64,000 bases of DNA from a virus, in the IMG/VR virus record IMGVR_UViG_3300007345_000033; one strand, given 5' to 3'. The notes under the pieces are model-generated. The model was not told the origin of the DNA. It saw only the letters and a program-made list of their open reading frames with translations, and searched no databases. Below are positions 17,717-26,250 of the stretch, piece after piece. The position numbers and the translations under genes are program-made. The first letter of the stretch is position 1; every line of letters starts with the position of its first letter.

Positions 17717-17962
17717 GTGGGTCAATGGTTAGCCCACAATTCAAGGAGTTCTATAATGAAATTAATTTATCTTTTAGTCGCTATTGTGTTGCCCGGAGAA
17801 ACTAAACCTTTGGAGCAAAATATTCTGACGATACCAGTTCCGAATATGGCACTTTGTAAAGCATTACAGTCAGAGACTTTTATAACAGAACCTGACGATA
17901 AATTCTTTTATGCAACCAATTGTGTCGATTTATCTGATATATTGGATAAAGAAAGTTTTTGA
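17717..17962 (+). CDS. hypothetical protein with N-terminal signal/TM
   Basis: N-terminus MKLIYLLVAIVLPG is hydrophobic. Confidence 0.3.
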   Translation: MGQWLAHNSRSSIMKLIYLLVAIVLPGETKPLEQNILTIPVPNMALCKALQSETFITEPDDKFFYATNCVDLSDILDKESF

Positions 17963-18189
17963 TGTTAATAGAATTAGTATTATCTTTTGCATTAAAATCT
18001 AATCCTGATCCAATGGATATTACATTTATGTCTTTTGAAATGCCTTCTATGGAAGAATGCATGGAAGAAGAATCTAAATTAAAAGAAAGAAGAAAATTTC
18101 TTCCGGAATATGATATAATAATTGTTTGTATTGAGACGGAAAAAGTCTTTACTTCTAAGCTTAAATAAGCTATACTATGTAAATAATAA

Positions 18190-18268
18190 AGCGAATATAG
18201 TCCAACCGGTAGGAGACAACGAACTTAAAATTCGTACAGTGTGGGTTCGAATCCCACTATTCGCACCA
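18190..18268 (+). tRNA. tRNA with Leu anticodon TAA but short variable arm
   Basis: Acceptor gcgaata/tattcgc. 3-bp D-stem as in Leu tRNAs. AC stem acgaa/ttcgt with loop ctTAAaa. T-arm gtgggttcgaatcccac. CCA encoded. Confidence 0.5.
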
Positions 18269-18286
18269 ATTCTTTGGAGATATATT

Positions 18287-18805
18287 ATGAAGCGTGTTTG
18301 TACTATTATGGTTGGGATGCCTTATTCAGGTAAGTCTACTTTGGTTGAGAAATTTCGACTTATGGATCCGAATGCATTTGTGTACAGCACGGACCGGTAT
18401 ATTGAAGATAAAGTGCAAAAACTGGGTTCAACGTATAACGATATCTTTGCCGATACGATTAAAGAAGCCACGAATTTTTGTGATGACCGTTTGGATGATG
18501 CATTTAATTATACGTCAAACAACATTATTTGGGATCAAACCAATCTTTCGCGCAAAAAGCGTGGGAAAATTACTTCAAAGATTTTATCATCTAGTGATGA
18601 TGAATGGACGTTTAACGCATGTTTTATCACCATTGATGATTTAGATGTTTGGAACCGTCGAATTACAAAACGGGTGTATAAGAAAATTCCCCAAGAAGTC
18701 TTGTTTAAGATGGAACGTAGTTTTCAGATGCCAACAATAAACGAAGGATTTGATAAAATTTCGGTATACAATATTAATGGTGAATTAAAAAGGGTGTATC
18801 CATGA
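18287..18805 (+). CDS. P-loop NTPase (putative kinase)
   Basis: Walker A GMPYSGKST near the N-terminus. The tracked ORF begins inside the upstream tRNA; start reassigned to the Met after the tRNA. Confidence 0.45.
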   Translation: MKRVCTIMVGMPYSGKSTLVEKFRLMDPNAFVYSTDRYIEDKVQKLGSTYNDIFADTIKEATNFCDDRLDDAFNYTSNNIIWDQTNLSRKKRGKITSKILSSSDDEWTFNACFITIDDLDVWNRRITKRVYKKIPQEVLFKMERSFQMPTINEGFDKISVYNINGELKRVYP

Positions 18806-19128
18806 GCGTAAAACGATATCGTAAAAAACCAGTTGAAGTAACTGCGGTTCAGTGGAATGGTGACAACTATCAAGAAATTATTGATTTCTTTGGGTCCAGT
18901 AATTCTTGGCGTGTATCTAAAAATTACTCCCCAAAAAGTTTGAGTATTCAGACCCTTGAAGGGACGATGAATGCTAGTCTTGGGGATTATATTATTTGCG
19001 GGGTACAAGGCGAATTTTATCCTTGTAAACCCGATATTTTTGATAAGACGTACTATGCCCTTGTAGAAGATCGCGAAGACCTTACTGTGGGCGAAGTCGT
19101 GCAAAATCTAAAAAATATTTCTGTGTAA
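18802..19128 (+). CDS. hypothetical protein
   Basis: ATGA-coupled to the kinase gene. Confidence 0.4.
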   Translation: MSVKRYRKKPVEVTAVQWNGDNYQEIIDFFGSSNSWRVSKNYSPKSLSIQTLEGTMNASLGDYIICGVQGEFYPCKPDIFDKTYYALVEDREDLTVGEVVQNLKNISV

Positions 19129-19138
19129 AAAGTTTAAT

Positions 19139-19215
19139 GGCCCCTTAGCTCAGCGGATTAGAGCATGGAGTTTCTACCTCCAGGGTCGTGGGTTCGAATC
19201 CTACAGGGGCCACCA
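19139..19215 (+). tRNA. tRNA-Arg (anticodon TCT)
   Basis: Acceptor ggcccct/aggggcc. D-arm gctcagcggattagagc. AC stem tggag/ctcca with loop ttTCTac. CCA encoded. Confidence 0.7.
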
Positions 19216-19233
19216 ATTTTATAGGATGATACA

Positions 19234-19572
19234 ATGAAAGTAAATATTGGTAAATATAAAAAAGATAACAATTCCCGTAAAAAAGTTAAGGTAGAATTTG
19301 ATGGAGAAGATTTCTATTCTTTGGATTCAACTTTGGCCATTATCATTCTTCCTGCTTTGAAACAATTCAAAGATATCAAATATAAATATGTCCTAGATAA
19401 AGAAACCGAGGATGGTATGATGACAGATATTCTGGACAAGATGATTTATTCCTTTGAAATTTATGCCAAGCATGAGAATTGTGGTATGTATTGGGAAAAA
19501 AGCGAAAAGGCCGATAAATTCTTTGAAGGATTGGAATTGTTTGGTAAATATTATACGAGTTTGTGGTACTAA
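19234..19572 (+). CDS. hypothetical protein
   Basis: ORF with RBS ggatga upstream. Confidence 0.4.
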   Translation: MKVNIGKYKKDNNSRKKVKVEFDGEDFYSLDSTLAIIILPALKQFKDIKYKYVLDKETEDGMMTDILDKMIYSFEIYAKHENCGMYWEKSEKADKFFEGLELFGKYYTSLWY

Positions 19573-19898
19573 TGATTATACATAAGTTTGAAAACGAAGA
19601 AATATTTGAGGCTCTGTATAAAGGCGGACAAGACGACTTTATTAAAGGGGTTGGTTCACAAACAACAGCTCCTGGTTATGTGCAATGCCATTTTGTTATA
19701 GATAAGTATATTACTGACAAAGAAGAGTATTGGGGAGATTGGATATCTTGTTTTGAATGGAATTCAGAAACTGGTATGAATTACCGAACATTTCAAGAAC
19801 TAAGTAGCATTGAGAAACATGAATGCTGGTTTTATTCCAATACGGAATTAGTAGTAGGAAAGACAAATGAAAAGATATACAGCAAAGGAACTGATTGA
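19563..19898 (+). CDS. hypothetical protein
   Basis: Coupled ORF. Confidence 0.4.
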   Translation: MVLMIIHKFENEEIFEALYKGGQDDFIKGVGSQTTAPGYVQCHFVIDKYITDKEEYWGDWISCFEWNSETGMNYRTFQELSSIEKHECWFYSNTELVVGKTNEKIYSKGTD

Positions 19899-20082
19899 AG
19901 AAATTAAGACAGCGGATTTTGTACGAGGAGAAGTTCACCTGAATGCGGCAGAAACGGTCACTGCCAGAATTAAAAAGAAATCTTTGATTGAGAAATTGGA
20001 GAAAAAGGATCAAAACGATAGTGATTATTTTGCATCAGTGTATATTGATGATAAAGGTCGAAAGCATATTAAATTTGTCTAA
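19867..20082 (+). CDS. hypothetical protein
   Basis: Coupled ORF with a basic C-terminus. Confidence 0.35.
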   Translation: MKRYTAKELIEEIKTADFVRGEVHLNAAETVTARIKKKSLIEKLEKKDQNDSDYFASVYIDDKGRKHIKFV

Positions 20083-20096
20083 ATCATAAAAAACTC

Positions 20097-20125
20097 TTTA
20101 CTTTCAGTTTGAAATAAACTATAAT
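20097..20125 (+). promoter_or_regulatory. sigma70-like early promoter
   Basis: tttact 20097..20102. 17-bp spacer. tataat 20120..20125. Leader gtataaattgaatagga. Confidence 0.6.
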
Positions 20126-20153
20126 ATATGTATAAATTGAATAGGAAGTTTAA

Positions 20154-20390
20154 ATGGAAATTAATTGGAATAAAATTGCAGAGCCTAGTGATAAGGAATT
20201 AATTTATTGGGAAATGATTGATAATTTAGCATCGGATATTAAAAAAACTTCAATTATGGCCTTTGGAGAAATTGAAAATGATGAGGAAATTTCTAAAGAA
20301 AGTTATGATCGTTTGATTTCAGTTGTTAACCAACTTAACAGTATTTCGTCAAATTTAATTAAAGCAAATTTTATTGGTGTTAGCCAATAA
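20154..20390 (+). CDS. hypothetical protein
   Basis: Preceded by promoter 20097..20125 and the conserved leader ending aatagga. Confidence 0.45.
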   Translation: MEINWNKIAEPSDKELIYWEMIDNLASDIKKTSIMAFGEIENDEEISKESYDRLISVVNQLNSISSNLIKANFIGVSQ

Positions 20391-20397
20391 AAACTTC

Positions 20398-20427
20398 TTT
20401 ACTTTTTATGCTAGATATACTATAATA
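20398..20427 (+). promoter_or_regulatory. sigma70-like promoter driving the tRNA / structured-RNA block
   Basis: tttact 20398..20403. 18-bp spacer. tataat 20422..20427. No ORF follows; tRNAs and structured RNA lie downstream. Confidence 0.5.
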
Positions 20428-20550
20428 TATCTATAAGTTGATAAAAAAGGAAATTAGCAAGGTAAGCTCGCAAGTTAGATACTCGGTTAGAGTGAAGGAT
20501 GCGGGAGATTGTTAGGGATGAGTGGACGGGATCGCCTAGCAAATTATTAT

Positions 20551-20624
20551 TGCCCTATAGCTTAATGGGAAAGCATTCGACTGATAATCGAAAGACCGAG
20601 GATCGTTACCTCGTAGGGCAACCA
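20551..20624 (+). tRNA. tRNA-Ile (anticodon GAT)
   Basis: Acceptor tgcccta/tagggca. D gctt/aagc. AC stem ttcga/tcgaa with loop ctGATaa. T cgagg/cctcg. CCA encoded. Confidence 0.7.
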
Positions 20625-20629
20625 AGTAT

Positions 20630-20705
20630 GGACCCTTAGCTCAGTTGGAAGAGCATCTGACTTTTAATCGGAAGGCCGTGAGTTCGAATCTCACAGGGTC
20701 TACCA
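20630..20705 (+). tRNA. tRNA-Lys (anticodon TTT)
   Basis: Acceptor ggaccct/agggtct. D gctcagttggaagagc. Loop ctTTTaa. T gtgagttcgaatctcac. CCA encoded. Confidence 0.75.
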
Positions 20706-20710
20706 ATTTT

Positions 20711-20784
20711 TGATTCGTGGTGAAGTGGTATCATAGCTGACTTTGACTCAGTTGTCGGAGGTTCGAATCCTCCCGAATCATCCA
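20711..20784 (+). tRNA. tRNA-Gln (anticodon TTG)
   Basis: Acceptor tgattcg/cgaatca. AC stem gctga/tcagt with loop ctTTGac. T ggaggttcgaatcctcc. CCA encoded. Confidence 0.65.
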
Positions 20785-20922
20785 AAAATAATGGGCGGAA
20801 GGATTGAGATGGGAAAGGCTACGTATAAACATTGCGTATGTGAATTGTGTGGTAAAAAAGTTGTTTTGGATAAACATAATTTAGATTGGGAAAATATAAA
20901 GAAGTTAATTTGATTGTTTTGT

Positions 20923-21013
20923 AGTCCCTTAGTTTAATGGTAAAACACCCGTCTTATAAGCGGCACCGTCTCCAGATTAGAGAGCGATATGGGTTCGAAT
21001 CCCATAGGGACTA
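20923..21013 (+). tRNA. type II tRNA-like gene, anticodon loop ctTATaa (assignment unclear; TAT or shifted TTA), no encoded CCA
   Basis: Acceptor agtccct/agggact. D gttt/aaac. 4-bp AC stem. About 21-nt variable arm. T atgggttcgaatcccat. Confidence 0.4.
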
Positions 21014-21117
21014 CAAAACAATTAAAAGCGACAGATCGTAACCCAGGTCGCCTACCAAAATACGAAAGAGAAAAATGCATATAACTTGAAATGATTTGTC
21101 AATATAAATAAAGTTGA

Positions 21118-21193
21118 CGCAGCGTGGAGAAGTGGTTATCTCGCCATCCTCATAAGTTGGAGATCGTAGGTTCAAATCCTACCGCTGCCCCCA
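21118..21193 (+). tRNA. tRNA (anticodon CAT; Met/fMet/Ile2)
   Basis: D gaga/tctc. Loop ctCATaa. T gtaggttcaaatcctac. Acceptor cgcagcg/cgctgcc. CCA encoded. Confidence 0.6.
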
Positions 21194-21201
21194 AAAAATA
21201 T

Positions 21202-21277
21202 GTTGGTGTAGTGTTAATGGCTAGCACGTCAGTCTCCAAAACTGAAAGTTCGGGTTCGAGTCCTGGCACCTTCGCCA
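21202..21277 (+). tRNA. tRNA-Trp (anticodon CCA)
   Basis: AC stem tcagt/actga perfect with loop ctCCAaa. T-arm ttcgggttcgagtcctgg. Acceptor has 2 mismatches. CCA encoded. Confidence 0.55.
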
Positions 21278-21307
21278 TTTTTTTAATAAGAATTTTGTTC
21301 GTTTTGC

Positions 21308-21379
21308 TGGATAGTAGCACAATGGCAGTGCAGCTGACTGTTAATCAGCAGGTTGTTGGTTCGAGTCCAACCTATCCAG
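21308..21379 (+). tRNA. tRNA-Asn (anticodon GTT), CCA not encoded
   Basis: Acceptor tggatag/ctatcca. D gcac/gtgc. AC stem gctga/tcagc with loop ctGTTaa. T gttggttcgagtccaac. Confidence 0.65.
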
Positions 21380-21394
21380 CAAAACGAATAATTC

Positions 21395-21470
21395 GCTGTT
21401 ATAGCTCAATTGGAAGAGCAGCTGTTTTGTAATCAGCAGGTTGTGGGTTCGATTCCTACTAACAGCACCA
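21395..21470 (+). tRNA. tRNA-Thr (anticodon TGT)
   Basis: Acceptor gctgtta/taacagc. D gctcaattggaagagc. Loop ttTGTaa. T gtgggttcgattcctac. CCA encoded. Confidence 0.65.
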
Positions 21471-21475
21471 TAAAT

Positions 21476-22480
21476 AAATTGCGAGGTATAGCTCGCTTGT
21501 CCCATGATCTTCGGGTCATGGGAATAGGGTAAGACTGGTAACAGTCCCAAAGGCAGGTTTCCTATAAACTGCCGCCAGCAATGGTCCTTCTATACAAGCT
21601 CAGAGTGGAGTTGACTCGGTTGATAGCCGAAAGCAACTCGTTGTCAGTAGAATGGCAATAGTGGAGCAAGGTAGAATTGTAGTCCGAAAGGATGTGACCG
21701 GAGCCAATCGGTGAGGTCTAATTGACTGTGGTGGTGAAGCTACGATTAACCAAACTACCGAATCTTACACTCAATGAGTAGTTACTGAGTTTGACCATTA
21801 GCGTGGAAAGGCAAAGTAGCATTACAAGAGTTGAAAGGGTAGGACCTGGAAACTTGAAGTATCGTTTAGTATCCCGCAAGGAGAAAGACAGGTGATGTGT
21901 TGTATTTTGTATCCCAAAAGGATATGAAGCAACTGGAGTGGCACATCACAGTAGGTTCGCAAATTAGCTCATTTGGTAGAGCAAAAGACGCATAATCTTT
22001 AGGTAGTGGGTTCAAATCCTGCATTTGTTTAAAAAGCAAAGTCTACTCCGGTACGTCATTAAAGACGCTTAATACCATACTCGTAAGGGAATATGGTGCA
22101 TTGAAGCTCGCAAGGCGGATGTGTTTGTTTGGAAAGAAAACGTAAACTCTTAGCGGAGTTGAACTGCTCGCAAGGCAGGCGGAAGATTGAAAGACGAGTA
22201 GTGACGTATGACACAGGAAATGCCACCTGTATAAAAAGGCAGCGTTGGAAGATACTGTATTAGTGTTCCACACAATGCAGTGGATACGTAGAGAACGTGG
22301 CTCGCAAGGCTTACGATAATGCTACAAAAGACTTCCATCTTATGCTATAATCTCAGGCTAGGCAAAACTATCTTAAAAGATACACTGTGGGCTAACTAGT
22401 AACGCCGTTGCAGTAAAATGCGAGACGATAACGATTGTAAGTGCAAATCTTACCAGTGTATCTCTTAAGATAGTTTTAAA
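21476..22480 (+). ncRNA. candidate large structured ncRNA (about 1 kb, ORF-free, GNRA/UUCG tetraloop hairpins, repeated gctcgcaaggc motif)
   Basis: No credible ORF in about 1 kb of an otherwise gene-dense phage. Hairpin cccatgatc-UUCG-ggtcatggg at 21500. Multiple c-GCAA-g and GAAA loops. Motif gctcgcaaggc at about 22105, 22160 and 22300. Flanked by tRNAs, with an embedded tRNA-like element. Confidence 0.5.
21958..22028 (+). tRNA. tRNA-like element (anticodon CAT, G33, no CCA) embedded in the structured RNA
   Basis: D gctcatttggtagagc. AC stem aaaga/tcttt with loop cgCATaa. T gtgggttcaaatcctgc. Weak acceptor (6 bp). Possibly a pseudo-tRNA or a structural domain. Confidence 0.35.
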
Positions 22481-22554
22481 GCGGAATGGTGTAGTAGTAA
22501 CATTTCTGTCTCATAAGCAGAAGATCGTAGGTGCAAATCCTACTTCCGCATCCA
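22480..22554 (+). tRNA. tRNA (anticodon CAT)
   Basis: Acceptor agcggaa/ttccgca. AC stem tctgt/gcaga with loop ctCATaa. T gtaggtgcaaatcctac. CCA encoded. Confidence 0.5.
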
Positions 22555-22634
22555 AAAAATAAAACGATAAAAAGGGGTTTACTTTCAGCCCCTTTTCATA
22601 TATAATCAACTTATAAATTGAAATAAGGTTTGTT

Positions 22635-22895
22635 ATGAAAGTTGAACACGTTGTTTGGAAATTTGGTAATAAGATGCCAACCACTGGCTTAATTCGAGCC
22701 AAAATTACATTTTACACAATAGATGTAATGGGACAATACGAGTCTATGAATTTGGTCGTTACCGGTTCTATTAACCATGGCGATTATCCATACGACAGAG
22801 CACAAAGGATTACCTTTCCTGGTGGAAAGGTAGAAATCGATACTAATGGAGTAAAATCTATTCAGATTTTGGCTGTTGGTGAAATTACTGAATAA
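22635..22895 (+). CDS. hypothetical protein
   Basis: Follows a promoter/hairpin at 22570..22600 and RBS taaggtt. Confidence 0.4.
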   Translation: MKVEHVVWKFGNKMPTTGLIRAKITFYTIDVMGQYESMNLVVTGSINHGDYPYDRAQRITFPGGKVEIDTNGVKSIQILAVGEITE

Positions 22896-22906
22896 GGAAA
22901 ATATAA

Positions 22907-23179
22907 ATGACTAAAATTGAAAAATGGATGGTGATGCCTCCTTACCATATGATGATAGCTATCGTTCCACAATCAATCCGTAAAGGTAAAACCAACGAAG
23001 AGTTGTGGGTTGAAATGAACATGGAAAATGCTGGCGATACCAAAAAGGAAGCCTGGAAGAAATTTATGGAATGCGCCGGAGACGGAAACAAATCAAATAT
23101 TGGTTCGTTTGGTCTGACAGAAAAAGAGCAATTTAAAGCTTTTGGTTTTAATGTGCAACAGGTACTGGTAATCGCATAA
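22907..23179 (+). CDS. hypothetical protein
   Basis: ORF with an RBS. Confidence 0.4.
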   Translation: MTKIEKWMVMPPYHMMIAIVPQSIRKGKTNEELWVEMNMENAGDTKKEAWKKFMECAGDGNKSNIGSFGLTEKEQFKAFGFNVQQVLVIA

Positions 23180-23196
23180 ACTGAAAGGGTTTAAAA

Positions 23197-23472
23197 ATGT
23201 ATAAGATTGTTTTTGGTGTCGTTGGTGGTATTGTTGCTGGTGCGTTGATCGGCGCTGCAACTGCTAGTCAGGCTGGTGTTTGGGGTGCAATCGCTACTTC
23301 CGGATGGCCCACGCAAAAGAGCGAAGCTTTTAAAGTAGAAGCATTTGGTTTTGATTTTCGAGTTTATGAATGGAAATCTAAAACTGATCCTGATACTATT
23401 TGTACTGTTGCTATTGGCAACGTTAAACATGCCCCGTATATGGGCCTAAATTGTTTCCGCAAATCAAATTAA
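23197..23472 (+). CDS. Gly-rich small membrane protein
   Basis: N-terminal GxxxG-rich hydrophobic segment VVGGIVAGALIGAATA. Confidence 0.4.
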   Translation: MYKIVFGVVGGIVAGALIGAATASQAGVWGAIATSGWPTQKSEAFKVEAFGFDFRVYEWKSKTDPDTICTVAIGNVKHAPYMGLNCFRKSN

Positions 23473-23522
23473 AGTTGATAATTGTGGTTATTAATGTTGG
23501 GTACGATTATAATTGATGTTAC

Positions 23523-23843
23523 TTGGGTAGAATCATTGTCAAAATTATCATGATTGAAATCTTAAGATATACCTTATTGGCCTGTCAATTGGGCTTACTA
23601 TGGGTAGCAATGCGTAGGGCTTTTGTTTTTATGAAGTTTTATATCGGAATTAATTCCTTGACAGAAGCCGAGTGTTACCGCCAGTGGTCCGAGTTACTCG
23701 GTTCAAAAAAACTAAAAAATACCAAAATAAATGAAAAACATGCTGGGTTGATTAAATCTTTATACCTGATTGATATCAATAAAAAGATTAATACCAATCT
23801 AATCTATGCTTTAATCCTAACGGCGATGATTGTGATGTGGTGA
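23523..23843 (+). CDS. membrane protein
   Basis: Hydrophobic N- and C-terminal segments. Confidence 0.3.
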   Translation: MGRIIVKIIMIEILRYTLLACQLGLLWVAMRRAFVFMKFYIGINSLTEAECYRQWSELLGSKKLKNTKINEKHAGLIKSLYLIDINKKINTNLIYALILTAMIVMW

Positions 23844-23999
23844 TGACTTACAAAGAAATACTACGATATGTCAACGAGGCATATTATGATTTAGATTATG
23901 GTCGGTCTGATAATGCAAAATTAAAAGACGACACCAGAAAATATCTTAACCAATCTATGTATTGGTTAGAAGAACTACGTTCAAAACTGAAAAAGGAAA

Positions 24000-24905
24000 T
24001 TGATAATGAAAAAGATCCTGCTACCTCTAATTCCCGTGGGAATGATTCTTAGCCTATCAGGCTGTGTGGGAGAACGAGTGGAAGTGCCGCCTGCATCGGT
24101 AGGTATGATTCTTGGTAAAAATGGATATCAAGGAGATTTAATTCCACCGAGTCGGTTTCGTCTACCTTTCTGTTGGGTAAATTGTGATAAACTTGTTGTG
24201 GTTGAAGCTTCTGACGTTGGTATGAAAGAAGAAATGACTGTGCTTATGCCGCAAGATAACTTGGACTTGGGAATTGATGTTCGTTTCACTCTTGCCTTGA
24301 CTGAAGATAAAACACAGATTATCTCGGTGTTTGATCGAGTTGTACCTGTCCGTTTGGACAGTGGAAATTACGGCACAACCCTGGCCAATATCTATACAGT
24401 ATACGGCCAATCAGTGGTTCGTAATGTTGTTCGTTCAACTCTTTCGGAATATTCAATCGCTGAAATCGCTGCTAACCAATCAGCAGTATCTGAACGACTT
24501 CGACAAGAAGTATCAGGTGCCCTGAAGAAAACTCCCCTGGAAGTTAAACAATTCGGGCTGGCAAATATCAAATTTCCATCAGTAATTACCCAGGCTCGTG
24601 AAGCCGCTCAATCCCGTAAGATTGACGTAGAACGTGCTGAAGCTGACGCTCAGGTTAAAATTCGTGAGGCCCAGGCTCGTCTTGAAGTAACACGAGCGGA
24701 ACGGGAAGCTGACCTATTGGCAGCACAAACAATTGCCGAACAAAATCAAATTTTGGCCGAAGGTGTGACACCAGAAGTTCTTCGCTATATGGAGTTAGAA
24801 GTTTTGAAAGAAATGGCCAAAAATAAGAATGCGGTATTCTTCCCTGTTGATATGATGGGATCGATTGGTCTTCAAAATAAAATCTTTAATGGAGCTAAAC
24901 AGTAA
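24000..24905 (+). CDS. SPFH (band 7 / stomatin-prohibitin) domain lipoprotein
   Basis: Lipoprotein signal with lipobox LSGC. C-terminal Ala/Glu/Arg-rich coiled coil (QAREAAQSRKIDVERAEADAQVKIREAQARLEV...) typical of SPFH proteins. Confidence 0.65.
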   Translation: MIMKKILLPLIPVGMILSLSGCVGERVEVPPASVGMILGKNGYQGDLIPPSRFRLPFCWVNCDKLVVVEASDVGMKEEMTVLMPQDNLDLGIDVRFTLALTEDKTQIISVFDRVVPVRLDSGNYGTTLANIYTVYGQSVVRNVVRSTLSEYSIAEIAANQSAVSERLRQEVSGALKKTPLEVKQFGLANIKFPSVITQAREAAQSRKIDVERAEADAQVKIREAQARLEVTRAEREADLLAAQTIAEQNQILAEGVTPEVLRYMELEVLKEMAKNKNAVFFPVDMMGSIGLQNKIFNGAKQ

Positions 24906-25279
24906 TGTTTAATCTTGAATTTATGACGGGAGCGGCATCCTTTGCCGCACTTAACTTTTTGATGTTTTTATTGGTGCTGGTGGTTGGTTTATTTATCGTA
25001 TATCAATTTTTAACAGTTACTTGGGTTAGCACCATAAATCATTACGAAAAAACTGGAAAGTTTAAAATTATTGGAAAACGATATATCATTTTTCTTATCT
25101 TGTTTGCGGGTTCCTTACTTTTCTTCGGTTCGAACGTTCAACCAAAAGTAGCTATTAAAACACCAGTTAATCGCGAACTGATGGAATACCAAGAAAAGAA
25201 CGAACCAGTTGTTATTGTTACCCCCAAACCACGAACACAAAACCTTAACGGATTCTCTCCACTAAAAGAAGGAAATTAA
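24905..25279 (+). CDS. membrane protein (possible NfeD-like partner of the SPFH protein)
   Basis: ATGA-coupled to the SPFH gene. Two TM helices followed by a soluble C-terminal tail. Confidence 0.35.
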   Translation: MFNLEFMTGAASFAALNFLMFLLVLVVGLFIVYQFLTVTWVSTINHYEKTGKFKIIGKRYIIFLILFAGSLLFFGSNVQPKVAIKTPVNRELMEYQEKNEPVVIVTPKPRTQNLNGFSPLKEGN

Positions 25280-25280
25280 A

Positions 25281-26243
25281 ATGAAAACAATCCTAGCAAC
25301 AATCCTACTAACAACTACTGCATTGACCGCAAGTGCGAATGATATTCGTATTGTTGGATCATCTACAGTATTCCCCTTTGCTTCGGCCGTGGTCGAACAG
25401 TTTTCTAACAAAACTGGAATGAAAGCAACAATTGAATCTACTGGTTCCGGAGGAGGATTCAAACTATTTTGTTCCGGTGTTGATGAAGATACTCCTACCA
25501 TTACCAATGCTTCTCGACGTATCAAAGATAAAGAGGTAGCACTTTGTCGGGATAATGGCGTGACCGAAGTAACTGAATATAAAATTGGTTATGACGGTAT
25601 TGTTTTGATCGGAAATATCGGCGGTTATGATATGGAGATTACCAACGAAGATTTGTTCTTTGCCCTGAACTCAACGATCAAATATGCCGGAGAAACCGTA
25701 CCAAATCCCTATACCAATTGGAGTGATGTTCGACCAGGCCTGCCCGATATTCCAATTGCTGTTATGGGCCCACCACCTTCGTCTGGTACACGAGATGCCT
25801 TTGAAGAATTGGTGATGGAACCAATTGCCAAGGCTTTTGACCTACATGTTGAACTTCGAGAAGATGGTGCCTATATTGAAGCCGGAGAAAACGATAATCT
25901 TATTGTCGAGAAAATCTCAAAAGATGACAATCTTTTTGGTATTGCTGGATTTTCATTCTTAGATCAAAATTATGAGAAAATTAAAGGTGCGGTTATCAAT
26001 GGTGTTGAACCAACCTACGATAATATTGCCGACGGCATTTATCCTGTTTCTCGTTCGTTGTGGTTTTATGTAAAAAATGATCATAATACCGTTATAGATG
26101 GTGTTGAAGATTACGTAAATGAATTTACTGATGAATCTACGTGGGGGCCTGATGGATATCTCGCTGACCTTGGATTGATTAGTCTTCCAGATGCAGAACG
26201 TGTTGCTCCTGAATTTGGTGTCACTAACGGTAAATTCCAATAA
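25281..26243 (+). CDS. pstS: phosphate-binding protein PstS family
   Basis: Signal peptide followed by IRIVGSSTVFPF...ESTGSGGGF, matching the PstS/PBP motif (GSSTV.P...GSG.G). Terminator hairpin gggagcttcggctccc at 26251..26266. Confidence 0.7.
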   Translation: MKTILATILLTTTALTASANDIRIVGSSTVFPFASAVVEQFSNKTGMKATIESTGSGGGFKLFCSGVDEDTPTITNASRRIKDKEVALCRDNGVTEVTEYKIGYDGIVLIGNIGGYDMEITNEDLFFALNSTIKYAGETVPNPYTNWSDVRPGLPDIPIAVMGPPPSSGTRDAFEELVMEPIAKAFDLHVELREDGAYIEAGENDNLIVEKISKDDNLFGIAGFSFLDQNYEKIKGAVINGVEPTYDNIADGIYPVSRSLWFYVKNDHNTVIDGVEDYVNEFTDESTWGPDGYLADLGLISLPDAERVAPEFGVTNGKFQ

Positions 26244-26250
26244 CTATGAT

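Noticed and set aside
21124-21550. ORFs 21124..21432 (+) and 21341..21550 (-)
   Set aside because: They span the tRNA-CAT, Trp, Asn and Thr genes. The composition simply reflects tRNA sequence.
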